A stretch of 64,000 nt of DNA from Thermoproteota archaeon (GTDB lineage Archaea; Korarchaeota; Korarchaeia; Korarchaeales; Korarchaeaceae), in the NCBI GenBank assembly GCA_027491395.1, contig JAOZFI010000041.1, positions 32,001 through 96,000 on the forward strand, written 5' to 3'. Below are positions 28,169 through 37,415 of the stretch, in pieces. The position numbers and the translations under genes were made by a program. Each line of letters starts with the position of its first letter. Position 1 is the stretch's first letter. The notes under the pieces are model-generated. The model worked only from the letters and a program-made list of their open reading frames with translations, did not search any database and had not been told where the DNA came from.

Positions 28169-29887
28169 TCAACGAGTTAGGAAGCTTACTACTCCCCTCA
28201 GCAACGGGTTCTTGATGCATTGGGCGAGGTCCCTAGTGGGGTAGAGTGAGAGGGATTTCTTCACCTCTGCGTCAAGCTTTATCGCCACTTCCTCGATGGA
28301 TTCCTTCATCTTGTCCAGCGGAAGCCCCATTTCGACGTATTTCAAGACCTCTCTGTCCAACTGGACCCTCCTCTTTGCCAATTCATACGTCCTCTCATCT
28401 ATGAGTCCCACCTCGAGCTTAGCTCTGTTCAATTCCTCATACGCGGTCAAGGATGAAGATACTACATCCTGTCGATCCATCCAAGCGGTCCGGTAATTCA
28501 GCGAGTACTTCCAGTGATAGGAGGTTAAGGCCCTACGGTAACTCTCCAGGTCCCTGAATAGGATCTCATATCCGTGCACCTCGGGGTTGACGAAGGCCCT
28601 GCTGCCTGGGTCCACGAAGGGTGCTAGAGGTGAGACGAATGCGTTCACCCTGTTCGAGATTTCCCTCAATTTGAGGAAGTAGGAGGCCACTAGGTGGGCC
28701 TGATCCGGGGTTTGCCTCGGAAGACCCATCATGAAGTACAGATCTAACCTCTCGAATCCCAGCTCCTCCACATACCTAACCATCTTTTCCAGCCGCTCAT
28801 TGCCGTAAGGTCTTCCAAACGCCCTTCTAACTTCTTCCAGAGGACTCTCAGGAGATATCTGAAGGTAAACCTTGTGGGAAGTCCTCCTCAACTGCTCTAA
28901 CACTCTCTTCGGTGGGGGAGAGAAGAACTCGAATATCAGCTCGTTTTCCAAGTCTAACTCCTTAAGGAGCTTAGATACCTCCTCGACCCTATCTCCATAC
29001 CTGAGATCCCCGACAAAGAATATTGGCATTGAGGAAAGGTTTGCTATCCCTTCTACCTCGTCGGCTATCGCCCTAGGAGACTTCAGCGCCAGCCCGTCCC
29101 TCCGAAAGAACCTAGAGTAGGTGAACTTTGAACCACCGCACGTCACGCAGTTGAATGAGCAGCCCTTGACAGTGATGATCCCCGCGATGGGCGCCTCTAT
29201 GAAGGAGCAGAAGGGGACCCCCAGCGAGAGATCCCTACACCTCATCAAATTCTTCACTAAGATCCCGTGATCTATGATGAACTCGTCCAAGTTATCAGGG
29301 ATCCAGCTGAGCTCATTTTCCCTGATCCTCCCGTTATCTCTCCATACTACGTTAGGTGTCCTTGTAGGGCCCTCCTCCAAGAACTTGAGGAAAGGTACTT
29401 CAGTGCTGTCACCGAGCAGAACGGCATCCACGGAGTTATAGCTGGTCATGATCTCTCTTCTGAAGAATGTGGAGGATAGACCCCCCAACACGACCTTGCT
29501 GTCCGGATGGTATTCCTTCAAGATCCTCGCTATCTCCAGGGCTCCATGCGCGTGGACAAGCCAGTGGAGATCTATCCCAAAGACATCAGCCTCCAAGTCC
29601 TTCAAGAATTTCTCCACATCGAACTCCCTGTCCCTCAGCATCTTGGAGGCCAGATTGAATATCCCAACCTTGTATCCCTTTCTGCTCAGGTAAGTGGCTA
29701 ATGTGAGGAAACCATAGGGCATCATGTCGAAGACGAAAAGGGAAGGTACCACCTCGCTTATGACCGTCGCGTAGAGGTAGCGATCTCTGAAGTCATAGAC
29801 GCTAGGTGCATGAATTAGCGCCACGTCCACTTTCAAGCTCGCAGCACCCGAGACCAGACTAAATGCTTTTTTACTTAATGATTCCAT
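28169..29887 (-). CDS. B12-binding/radical SAM protein (Ta0216/TIGR04190-like)
   Basis: LIHAPSVYDFR, GIDLHWLVH, KGCSFNCVTCGGS, SPES, PFVDPGS. Confidence 0.82.
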   Translation of the reverse strand: MESLSKKAFSLVSGAASLKVDVALIHAPSVYDFRDRYLYATVISEVVPSLFVFDMMPYGFLTLATYLSRKGYKVGIFNLASKMLRDREFDVEKFLKDLEADVFGIDLHWLVHAHGALEIARILKEYHPDSKVVLGGLSSTFFRREIMTSYNSVDAVLLGDSTEVPFLKFLEEGPTRTPNVVWRDNGRIRENELSWIPDNLDEFIIDHGILVKNLMRCRDLSLGVPFCSFIEAPIAGIITVKGCSFNCVTCGGSKFTYSRFFRRDGLALKSPRAIADEVEGIANLSSMPIFFVGDLRYGDRVEEVSKLLKELDLENELIFEFFSPPPKRVLEQLRRTSHKVYLQISPESPLEEVRRAFGRPYGNERLEKMVRYVEELGFERLDLYFMMGLPRQTPDQAHLVASYFLKLREISNRVNAFVSPLAPFVDPGSRAFVNPEVHGYEILFRDLESYRRALTSYHWKYSLNYRTAWMDRQDVVSSSLTAYEELNRAKLEVGLIDERTYELAKRRVQLDREVLKYVEMGLPLDKMKESIEEVAIKLDAEVKKSLSLYPTRDLAQCIKNPLLRGVVSFLTR

Positions 29888-29902
29888 ACCCCCTGATCTC
29901 CT

Positions 29903-31048
29903 ATGGAAGATCTCTCCGCTGGTTTCAGGCTGCTGAGAAACGCTCTCCTCCTATCTCTAATAGCCTCCATAATACCTTTGATCTCCTTGGGAGCTATGGG
30001 AGCCGCGGATCTGGGTTCTCTCGGATTAGAACAACTCATGGTTACTCTGTCTACTGTGACGGCGGCAGGAGCCGTAGCAGGCATCCTAAGCTTAATCTCG
30101 CTATTCTTCATGTACAAGGGATGGACGGAGATGTGCTATGGGCTTGATGAGCTGTTCTGTACAGTAAGTCGGATAATAAAGTACGGTACCATAGCCTCTC
30201 TTGCTCTCCTCCTAATCTCCGTCGGAATGATGTACTCTTCCATCCAGAATACGATGAAAAATCCCGCTGGAGCCTTCTCCACAATTTTAGCAGCCTCCCC
30301 CTTACTCATACTATCCGGTCTAGCTGGTCTTGCGGTCTTCCTATCGATTGTCTACGCCTTCTACAAATTGGGCGCGATCTTGGAAATCAATAATCTCAAG
30401 GTAGGAGCTGCGCTTCTCCTGATAGGGCCTCTCACTTCAATCTCGAATGTAATCGCCCTATCACTAGGTTTAACTGTGCTGGGACTTATCCTCCTGACTA
30501 TCACCACAAATAAGCTGATCAATACCGAGATAGAGGTGGTGGAGGAGGGAGAGATAGATGAAGAGTACGATGAAATGGTGGAGCGCGGGGAACCGAGACC
30601 TCCGATAAAGGCGAGAAGGTCGAGGCGGAAGCCGGTCTACGAGGAAATGGAAGAACCTCGCAGGTACGAACCTATGGAGGAGTGGATGGAAGCTCCCGCC
30701 CCGCCTCCTAAGCGTAAGGAGGTTGGTGCGCAACTGGTGGGACCCAACGGTTTCGTCGCTAAGCTGGGTCCGGGAATAAGGACCTTCGGAAGGAGGGATT
30801 TCGCTGGCTTTGTCCCAGATGAGGATCTTGATTACATCTCTAGGAGGCATTTCGAGATAAGGGTGACTTCACAGGGGTACTTCATAAGGGATCTTGGCAG
30901 TCTGAACGGCACTTGGGTTAACGGCAGGAAACTTGCTAGAGGAGAATCCGTCAGACTAACCAACGGTTCAGTAATAGATGTGGCCGAAGTTGTCCGGTTG
31001 AGATTCGTCTCGAGCGAGCCTGAAGACCTAGGTGTCCCATCCCTATGA
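29903..31048 (+). CDS. Polytopic membrane protein (DUF973-like) fused to C-terminal FHA domain
   Basis: About 6 TM segments, acidic/Pro-rich linker, FHA motifs FGR..ISRRH..DLGSLNGTWVNG. Confidence 0.85.
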   Translation: MEDLSAGFRLLRNALLLSLIASIIPLISLGAMGAADLGSLGLEQLMVTLSTVTAAGAVAGILSLISLFFMYKGWTEMCYGLDELFCTVSRIIKYGTIASLALLLISVGMMYSSIQNTMKNPAGAFSTILAASPLLILSGLAGLAVFLSIVYAFYKLGAILEINNLKVGAALLLIGPLTSISNVIALSLGLTVLGLILLTITTNKLINTEIEVVEEGEIDEEYDEMVERGEPRPPIKARRSRRKPVYEEMEEPRRYEPMEEWMEAPAPPPKRKEVGAQLVGPNGFVAKLGPGIRTFGRRDFAGFVPDEDLDYISRRHFEIRVTSQGYFIRDLGSLNGTWVNGRKLARGESVRLTNGSVIDVAEVVRLRFVSSEPEDLGVPSL

Positions 31049-32142
31049 AGATCCAAGGATCCCTTGGCTCCTATCACGTGATAAAGAGGCTGGGAGGGGG
31101 AGGATTCGCCGACATCCTCCTAGCTAGAGCTGACGAGGAACTGGTCGTCATAAAACTACCTAAAGAAGATGAGATGTCTAGGATGCTCCTAAGGGAGGAG
31201 GCCTCCATCCTGAGGGAGGTATCCACTCCTTCTCCCCACGAGCACATAGTCGCATTCATCGAGTGGATTGACAGGGTGCCTGCTCTGGTGGAGGAATACA
31301 TCCCTGGACCCACTATAGGGGAGGCTTACAGGAGCAGGAGGGCTACACAGAACGATGCGATAAGGGTATCGTTGGGCGTTCTCTCAGCGCTGGAAAGGAT
31401 ACACTCACTGGGCGTGGTTCATGGGGATGTGAAACCCGATAACATAATCCTTCCACGCTCCCTGCACCCTGTTCTCATAGATCTTGGTGTAGCTAGGGCC
31501 GTGGGCAAGAGATCCGTTGCGGGAACCCCGGGATGGAGCGCTCCTGAATTTCTGAGGGGAGAGGTCTCACCAGAAGCTGATATCTACTCGGTTGGGGTTC
31601 TGATCCTCTTTCTAGTGTATGGAACTGATCCTAGAGAGCCTCTGGGACCGGAGGATCTCCCGAAGAATTTATCAGACCATCTCAGGTATGTGCTAGCCAG
31701 GGCACTGGATCCCGATCCCAAGAGGAGGTTCAGCAGCGCGAGGGATATGTCGCTCGCCCTGATGGGGATGAGGCTCCCCTCAGAGTCCGGGCCCAGAATA
31801 GTCGTTCAGGGGAAGACCATACCTCTGAAGGACAGGATAACGATAGGAAGGGTGAAGAGGCAGGGAGGCACGGGGAGAGCGGATGTTAACCTACAGGAGA
31901 TTGGATCAAGGAGATCTCTGCCTCTTGGACCACCTAATGGATGGATAGAGATAGTGAGGGTAGGGGGTGAGTACTGGATAAGCGATAGAGGGGCCCCGGG
32001 CGGGGTATGGGTCTACGAGGGTAATGGGTGGATCAAAGTGCTGGATTACCCATTGAAACACGGTCAGCTGATATCCTTCGGCCTCAGGAGGAGAGGGAGG
32101 GACGTACTCCCCTACATCCCGGCCAGAGTTTACTTAAGGTAA
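31045..32142 (+). CDS. Hanks-type Ser/Thr protein kinase with C-terminal FHA-like domain
   Basis: LGGGGFA, VVIK, HGDVKPDN, DLG, GTPGWSAPE, DIYSVG; C-terminal ITIGR...ISDRG..GGVWV. Confidence 0.9.
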   Translation: MKIQGSLGSYHVIKRLGGGGFADILLARADEELVVIKLPKEDEMSRMLLREEASILREVSTPSPHEHIVAFIEWIDRVPALVEEYIPGPTIGEAYRSRRATQNDAIRVSLGVLSALERIHSLGVVHGDVKPDNIILPRSLHPVLIDLGVARAVGKRSVAGTPGWSAPEFLRGEVSPEADIYSVGVLILFLVYGTDPREPLGPEDLPKNLSDHLRYVLARALDPDPKRRFSSARDMSLALMGMRLPSESGPRIVVQGKTIPLKDRITIGRVKRQGGTGRADVNLQEIGSRRSLPLGPPNGWIEIVRVGGEYWISDRGAPGGVWVYEGNGWIKVLDYPLKHGQLISFGLRRRGRDVLPYIPARVYLR

Positions 32143-32181
32143 TCTTTTTACCCGAGTCTAAGTAGATCGCATCGATCGATC

Positions 32182-33012
32182 ATGAGCAACATCAAGGCGC
32201 ATTTTACTCCTCCTAGAGCCGCTGGCATCCCACAACCACCTGAGAATGTTAAGAGGATAAGGAGAAGGATAGCAGTCATGAGCGGGAAGGGAGGCGTTGG
32301 TAAAACTACTGTGTCCGTTAATATAGCTGCAGAGCTGGCTAGGAGGGGATATTCAGTTGGCATACTGGATACAGATCTCACCGGACCTAATGTCCCCAAG
32401 GCACTAGGTCTCATAGATGTTCCCATATACGCTACAAATGAGGGGATCATTCCCGCAGAGGGACCTCTCAAGATGAAGGTCATGTCCTTGGGGTTGATGG
32501 TCAGGGACGGAGATCCCGTAATATGGAGGGGGCCTCTTAAAGCCAAGGCGATTCAAGAGTTCGTGGAAAACGTTAACTGGGGGGATCTCGATTATCTGGT
32601 TGTTGATCTCCCACCTGGCACGGGAGACGAGCCGCTCAGTGTTATGCAGCTCATTCCCCTCCACGGAGTTGTCTTGGTGACCACACCCCAGGAAGTCGCC
32701 CTAATGGATGTAAGGAGGGCCCTCCACATGGTAAGAAAGATGGAATACAAGCCCTTGGGAATAGTGGAGAACATGAGCTACTTCATATGCCCTGGCGGCG
32801 AGAAGGTTAGGATCTTTGGTGAGGGGGGTGGAAGGAAGCTCGCCGAGGAGGAAGGGGTACCCTTCTTAGGGGAGATACCCATTGACCCCAAGGTAGTGGA
32901 GTTCATGGACAGGGGGATGCCCATAGTGCTGGCCGATCCTGAGAATATAGTGTCCAAGGCATTCGAGGAGATAGTCGATAGGATAGAAGAACAGCTGACC
33001 GAAGCTCAATGA
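32182..33012 (+). CDS. mrp: Mrp/NBP35/ApbC Fe-S carrier ATPase
   Basis: SGKGGVGKT, VIWRGP, DLPPGTGD, VTTPQ, VENMS. Confidence 0.93.
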   Translation: MSNIKAHFTPPRAAGIPQPPENVKRIRRRIAVMSGKGGVGKTTVSVNIAAELARRGYSVGILDTDLTGPNVPKALGLIDVPIYATNEGIIPAEGPLKMKVMSLGLMVRDGDPVIWRGPLKAKAIQEFVENVNWGDLDYLVVDLPPGTGDEPLSVMQLIPLHGVVLVTTPQEVALMDVRRALHMVRKMEYKPLGIVENMSYFICPGGEKVRIFGEGGGRKLAEEEGVPFLGEIPIDPKVVEFMDRGMPIVLADPENIVSKAFEEIVDRIEEQLTEAQ

Positions 33013-33125
33013 TCCCTATGCATCGGGAAAGTTCCCCTATCAGGTTTTTCTGACCTTTTATTTCCTGCGCCAACCATGTATATGATTAAAAGAAAACGGG
33101 CCGAGCGCATTAGTGGTGATGCTGC

Positions 33126-34292
33126 TTGGCATCGGAGGTTCCTCCTGTATACATCGGTCTTAAGGGCATCTATGTCGCTAAGACGGCTCTCAGCTATATA
33201 GATGGGGAAAGGGGGAGGCTCATCTATAGGGGTTACTCCATTGAGGATCTAGCTGAACACTCTTCGTTCGAGGAGGTCACTTACCTGCTATGGTTCGGTA
33301 AACTACCTAACAGGAAGGAGCTGGAGGAGTTCAAGGAAAGCCTGTCTAAGGAGAGGGAAATACCGGAGGAGGTCGTAGAGATCCTGAAGAAGCTTCCAAA
33401 GAACTCCCATCCCATGGATGTCCTGAAGACCGGAGTAGCTGCCCTTGGTCCCTTCGATCCTGACCTGCCCAGCATATGGGGGCAGCACATTCACGAGAAG
33501 AGAGCGGAGAACCTGAGGATAGCTATCAGGATACTTTCAAAAATGCCTACCATAATGGCCTACTTCCACAGGATGAGAGAGGGTAAAGAAATAGTGCGTC
33601 CGAGGGCAGACCTCAGCCATGCTGCGAACTTCCTTTACATGATGTGGGGCAGGGAGCCCAAGGAGATAGAGGCAAAGCTAATGGATGTGGCCCTCATACT
33701 GCACGCCGACCACGGATTCAATGCATCGACCTTCGCATGCTTGGTTACGGCATCCACCCTCTCTGACCTCTATTCCTCAGTGGTGACAGGTATATCGACC
33801 CTGAAGGGCCCGCTTCATGGAGGTGCTAACGAGCAGGCATTGAAGATGCTGATGGAGATAGGATCCCCGGAGAGAGCCAGAGAGTACATTAAGGCCAAGC
33901 TTGAGAGGAAGGAGAGGATAATGGGATTCGGGCACAGGGTATACAAGGCTTACGATCCAAGGGCTAGAATACTCAAGAAGTACGCGGAGATGCTCGCGAA
34001 GGAAACAGGCCAAGAGAACCTGTTCAATACCGCCCTAGAAGTGGAGAAGGTGATGATCGAGCTCCTCGGGAAGAAAGGCATATTCCCGAATGTGGACTTC
34101 TACTCCGGTCAAGTATATCACATGTTAGGGATCCCCACTGATATCTTCACTCCCATATTCGCTATCTCTAGGACTTCCGGGTGGATAGGACATGTATTCG
34201 AGTACTGGGAGGAGAATGTACTTATAAGGCCAAGAGCTCTGTATGTGGGTCCGATGGAGGCCAAGTACATACCACTCGATGAGAGGCTATAG
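33126..34292 (+). CDS. gltA: Citrate synthase (archaeal dimeric type; 2-methylcitrate activity not excluded)
   Basis: HADHGFNAST, GPLHGGANE, GFGHRVYK, PNVDFYSG. Confidence 0.93.
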   Translation: MASEVPPVYIGLKGIYVAKTALSYIDGERGRLIYRGYSIEDLAEHSSFEEVTYLLWFGKLPNRKELEEFKESLSKEREIPEEVVEILKKLPKNSHPMDVLKTGVAALGPFDPDLPSIWGQHIHEKRAENLRIAIRILSKMPTIMAYFHRMREGKEIVRPRADLSHAANFLYMMWGREPKEIEAKLMDVALILHADHGFNASTFACLVTASTLSDLYSSVVTGISTLKGPLHGGANEQALKMLMEIGSPERAREYIKAKLERKERIMGFGHRVYKAYDPRARILKKYAEMLAKETGQENLFNTALEVEKVMIELLGKKGIFPNVDFYSGQVYHMLGIPTDIFTPIFAISRTSGWIGHVFEYWEENVLIRPRALYVGPMEAKYIPLDERL

Positions 34293-34473
34293 GGTCGAGA
34301 GCGAAATCCCTCCTCCTTTTTGTTAAAATAATTTCTATCTTTATGTGAATTCATTCATCCTATGATGATAAGATCCTATTAATATAGCATTATTACAAAT
34401 GAAACGGTTTCACTAGTAAATCAGAAGTTCATCCGCATCAACCTTTATTTAGGGCTACCAGAGCAATCACCTG

Positions 34474-35976
34474 ATGAGAGCAACGAAAATAACACTTATC
34501 TCAGCCCTGCTATTGCTTACGCTAATGACGGTGGCCGTTTCGGCTGATACAGGATGTCCCGCCGTGGACTCCTCAACCGACGTGGCACCTAGAGTTGTGG
34601 AGATAACGGTGTACAGGATTACCGGAAAGACGGTGGAGCTAATAGGAGTAGTAGAGGACCCGGACAGTGGCTTGAGGGAGTGGATCTGGGATTTCGGTGA
34701 CGGGACGATCGTGAAGAAGACCGGTGGATGGTCCAAGATCGGTGAATCTACCTACAAGATGATGGTGAAGCACACCTACCGCGATTACAGAAGCTACACA
34801 GTTAAGCTCCAAGTGACTGACGACTGGCTCAAGGAATCCAACGTCAAGACGAAGCTGGTCACCATTAAGAAGTCCAACTACAATCCCGTGGTAAAGCTCA
34901 AGAGAGTCTCACCCAATCCAGCCCAGCCCGGTGAAAAGATAGTATTCGAGGTGGAGGGGATAGATCCGGACGGGCATGTGGTTGAGTACTATTGGGACTT
35001 CGGTGACGGGAAGAAGGCTAAAGGGGCTAATCTCACTGTGGTGACTCACTCATACTCTAAGGAGGGTACGTACGTAGTCAAGGTGAAGGCAAAGGATGAT
35101 AAGGGCGCTTACTCCGATCCAGTTACTGAGGAGCTCTACATACGCTCTCAGACCAAACCGAAACCAAAGAACAAACCACCAGTCATAACCGCCGTCAAAT
35201 TCACCCCAGTGGAACCTTCTATGGGAGTTCCCGTGACCTTCAGGGCCACCGCCTCCGATCCGGAGGGAGATAGACTTACATTTCAGTGGAACTTCGGCGA
35301 CGGTACTATAAAGAACGGGGGTCCGCAGATGACTCATATATACAAGAAGGAAGGGGCCTACACGGTTAAGGTGAAGGCGATAGATTCTAAGGGTGTCTCT
35401 TCCCCGTATTACACGGTCAGCGTGGCTGTAAAGGGTAACAAGCCGCCTCAGGCATCCATAGTCGAGGTGAGAACTAGGGACAACATTACCTTCCTGTTCC
35501 AAGGCATGGGTGTTGACCCTGATGGTCAGGTAGTCGCCTACGAATGGGACTTCGGTGACGGGAAGAAGCTCAGAGGGGAGCTGGAGGGGAACTCCATCCC
35601 TCATAAGTTCATCAACCACACCTACACCTCTAGCGGCAACTACACCGTGAAGTTCAGGGTCAAGGATGATAAGGGCGCTTGGTCCCCTTGGATCTCCAAG
35701 AGAATTATGGCCTTCATCCCAGAGAAGGTCAGCTCGGCCTCGTGGGCTGGCTCCGACTTCGGTAACTTGGAGATCGCTGCCGGTCTGGGTACCCTAATAG
35801 TTGTAGGGGCCGGTTATCTAGCCTATAGGGACTCCAAGAGCAACGCCTTCGTCGAGAAATCTAGGGAGAGGGCTAGGAGATCCCGCAGATTGGCGGTGAA
35901 AAAGTCCACCAGAAAAAGACCGAGGAACGGATCTAACGACGCGAGAAGGAGAAGGAGGCCTTGGCCAGCCTCCTAA
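34474..35976 (+). CDS. Secreted, C-terminally anchored surface protein with four PKD domains
   Basis: Signal peptide; four W(D/N)FGDG motifs each followed by H-x-Y; C-terminal TM and basic tail. Confidence 0.88.
   Translation: MRATKITLISALLLLTLMTVAVSADTGCPAVDSSTDVAPRVVEITVYRITGKTVELIGVVEDPDSGLREWIWDFGDGTIVKKTGGWSKIGESTYKMMVKHTYRDYRSYTVKLQVTDDWLKESNVKTKLVTIKKSNYNPVVKLKRVSPNPAQPGEKIVFEVEGIDPDGHVVEYYWDFGDGKKAKGANLTVVTHSYSKEGTYVVKVKAKDDKGAYSDPVTEELYIRSQTKPKPKNKPPVITAVKFTPVEPSMGVPVTFRATASDPEGDRLTFQWNFGDGTIKNGGPQMTHIYKKEGAYTVKVKAIDSKGVSSPYYTVSVAVKGNKPPQASIVEVRTRDNITFLFQGMGVDPDGQVVAYEWDFGDGKKLRGELEGNSIPHKFINHTYTSSGNYTVKFRVKDDKGAWSPWISKRIMAFIPEKVSSASWAGSDFGNLEIAAGLGTLIVVGAGYLAYRDSKSNAFVEKSRERARRSRRLAVKKSTRKRPRNGSNDARRRRRPWPAS
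34993..35680 (+). repeat. Identical DNA repeats between PKD domains 2 and 4
   Basis: 24-mer TGGGACTTCGGTGACGGGAAGAAG at 34993 and 35545; 19-mer AAGGATGATAAGGGCGCTT at 35092 and 35662. Confidence 0.85.
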
Positions 35977-35990
35977 TATTCCACGCGTTA

Positions 35991-36581
35991 TCATATTTTT
36001 CCTTTAGATCTCCTCATCCTGTACTCCTTCACCAAAGATACGACTTCCCTGAATCTCGGGTGATTTGAGCTGCCTAAAAGCTCGTAAACTGCCGACTCCG
36101 AGGTCGTTAAGTAAACGCCTTCCTGTAGCAGCCTCGCGAGCGTTACCTCCTTATCCTCAGGAAATGTCGAGCCAGTGGCATCGCTGACTAAATGTACCTC
36201 CAGACCGTGGGCGGCAGCGCTCAGTGCGGTCTGAAGTACGCAAATGTGAGTTTCTATCCCAGTAAGTAGGACCTTTTTCCTCCCTAAGCTGAGCAGCCTT
36301 TCTTTAATCATCTCATCCCCGAACGCATCGAAGGAGGTCTTCTCGATCTTCTCGCCTAGCAGCTCATCCACCCCTTGGACGGTCTTGCCGAGTTTCTCGG
36401 GGGCCTGTTCAGTCCCCACCACGGGCATGCCTAAAAGCTTGGATACCTTGGCCAGTAAGGTTATGGCACCCACTATGGACGCAAATTCCCTGATTACCTT
36501 GGAGAAAGGCTCTTGCACATCTATAACAAGTAAAAAGGTGTTCTCAGGATCTAGTCTCCCGGGTAAATGGCTTCTAGGCAT
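35991..36581 (-). CDS. Isochorismatase/cysteine hydrolase family protein
   Basis: LVIDVQE, EKTSF, GIETHICV (D-K-C triad). Confidence 0.88.
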   Translation of the reverse strand: MPRSHLPGRLDPENTFLLVIDVQEPFSKVIREFASIVGAITLLAKVSKLLGMPVVGTEQAPEKLGKTVQGVDELLGEKIEKTSFDAFGDEMIKERLLSLGRKKVLLTGIETHICVLQTALSAAAHGLEVHLVSDATGSTFPEDKEVTLARLLQEGVYLTTSESAVYELLGSSNHPRFREVVSLVKEYRMRRSKGKI

Positions 36582-37144
36582 AAGAAGTTGGGAACCCCTT
36601 CTTCTATTAAGGTATGGCATTCACTCATCGGGAGGAAACCGCCTCCTCTGAGGAGAGAGAGGAGTTCTTCTCTACTTAGAAAGCTTGCGTAGGAATAAAT
36701 GGAACCAGATCTTCCTCTCTCAGAGTATCGTCTCCCTAGAGGTGAGTTCGAAGGAATTATACATACGTAAAGGCAGCCTCTCTTCTTAAGGACCCTAGCG
36801 ATCTCTTTAATGGCCGCATCCCTATCCTCTAGGAAACAGAGGGTGACCACTAGAATGATGCATGAAAAAGACGAGTCCCTGAAGGGGAGCGATTCCGCCT
36901 TACCTTGAACGACCTCTAAGCCCCTCCTACTTGCCAGCAACAGAGGAGAGTAAGCAGCATCCAACCCTACCTCCACTCGAAGAGGCCCCGCGAATCTCCC
37001 AGTCCCGACACCTATCTCTAAGCACGGGCCGTCCTTTCTTAGCAAGCTCTCCAGACAGGAGAGTTCAGTCAAGTAGATATCCCTATTCTCCTCGTACCAC
37101 TTGTCGTATCGCTCAACTATCTTCTCGAAGGCCTTCCAGCTCAT
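36551..37144 (-). CDS. Class I SAM-dependent methyltransferase
   Basis: YDKWY, LEIGVGTGRF, AESLPF, RVLK. Confidence 0.9.
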   Translation of the reverse strand: MSWKAFEKIVERYDKWYEENRDIYLTELSCLESLLRKDGPCLEIGVGTGRFAGPLRVEVGLDAAYSPLLLASRRGLEVVQGKAESLPFRDSSFSCIILVVTLCFLEDRDAAIKEIARVLKKRGCLYVCIIPSNSPLGRRYSERGRSGSIYSYASFLSREELLSLLRGGGFLPMSECHTLIEEGVPNFLCLEAIYPGD

Positions 37145-37406
37145 GGGGTACCAAGCACCTCAGTATGACTCTAACTTCCCTCCTCTCTGAGAGCCTATAT
37201 AATCTGACCCTACCTAGCCTGACTTCCTCCAGTATCTCCGCCGACTTCAAGGCTTCTAAGTTCCTCTCGGCTGAGCTATAAGATATATTAAGGGTCCTGG
37301 CTATCTTGCTTATGTTCATCCCTCCTTTTGCTGAGGACAGGAGCCTGAGGATCCTCACCCTGATCCTATTCGAGAAGGCCTCGACCAAGAGATCGTCCCA
37401 GTTCAA
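37113..37406 (-). CDS. ArsR-like winged-helix transcriptional regulator
   Basis: FSNRIRVRILRLL, NISKIAR, GRVRLYRL. Confidence 0.8.
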   Translation of the reverse strand: MNWDDLLVEAFSNRIRVRILRLLSSAKGGMNISKIARTLNISYSSAERNLEALKSAEILEEVRLGRVRLYRLSERREVRVILRCLVPHELEGLREDS

Positions 37407-37415
37407 GCGATCACC

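Noticed and set aside
33025-33036. GGGAA-AG-TTCCC mini inverted repeat after mrp
   Set aside because: Too short, with a 2-nt loop; likely chance or part of a terminator region.
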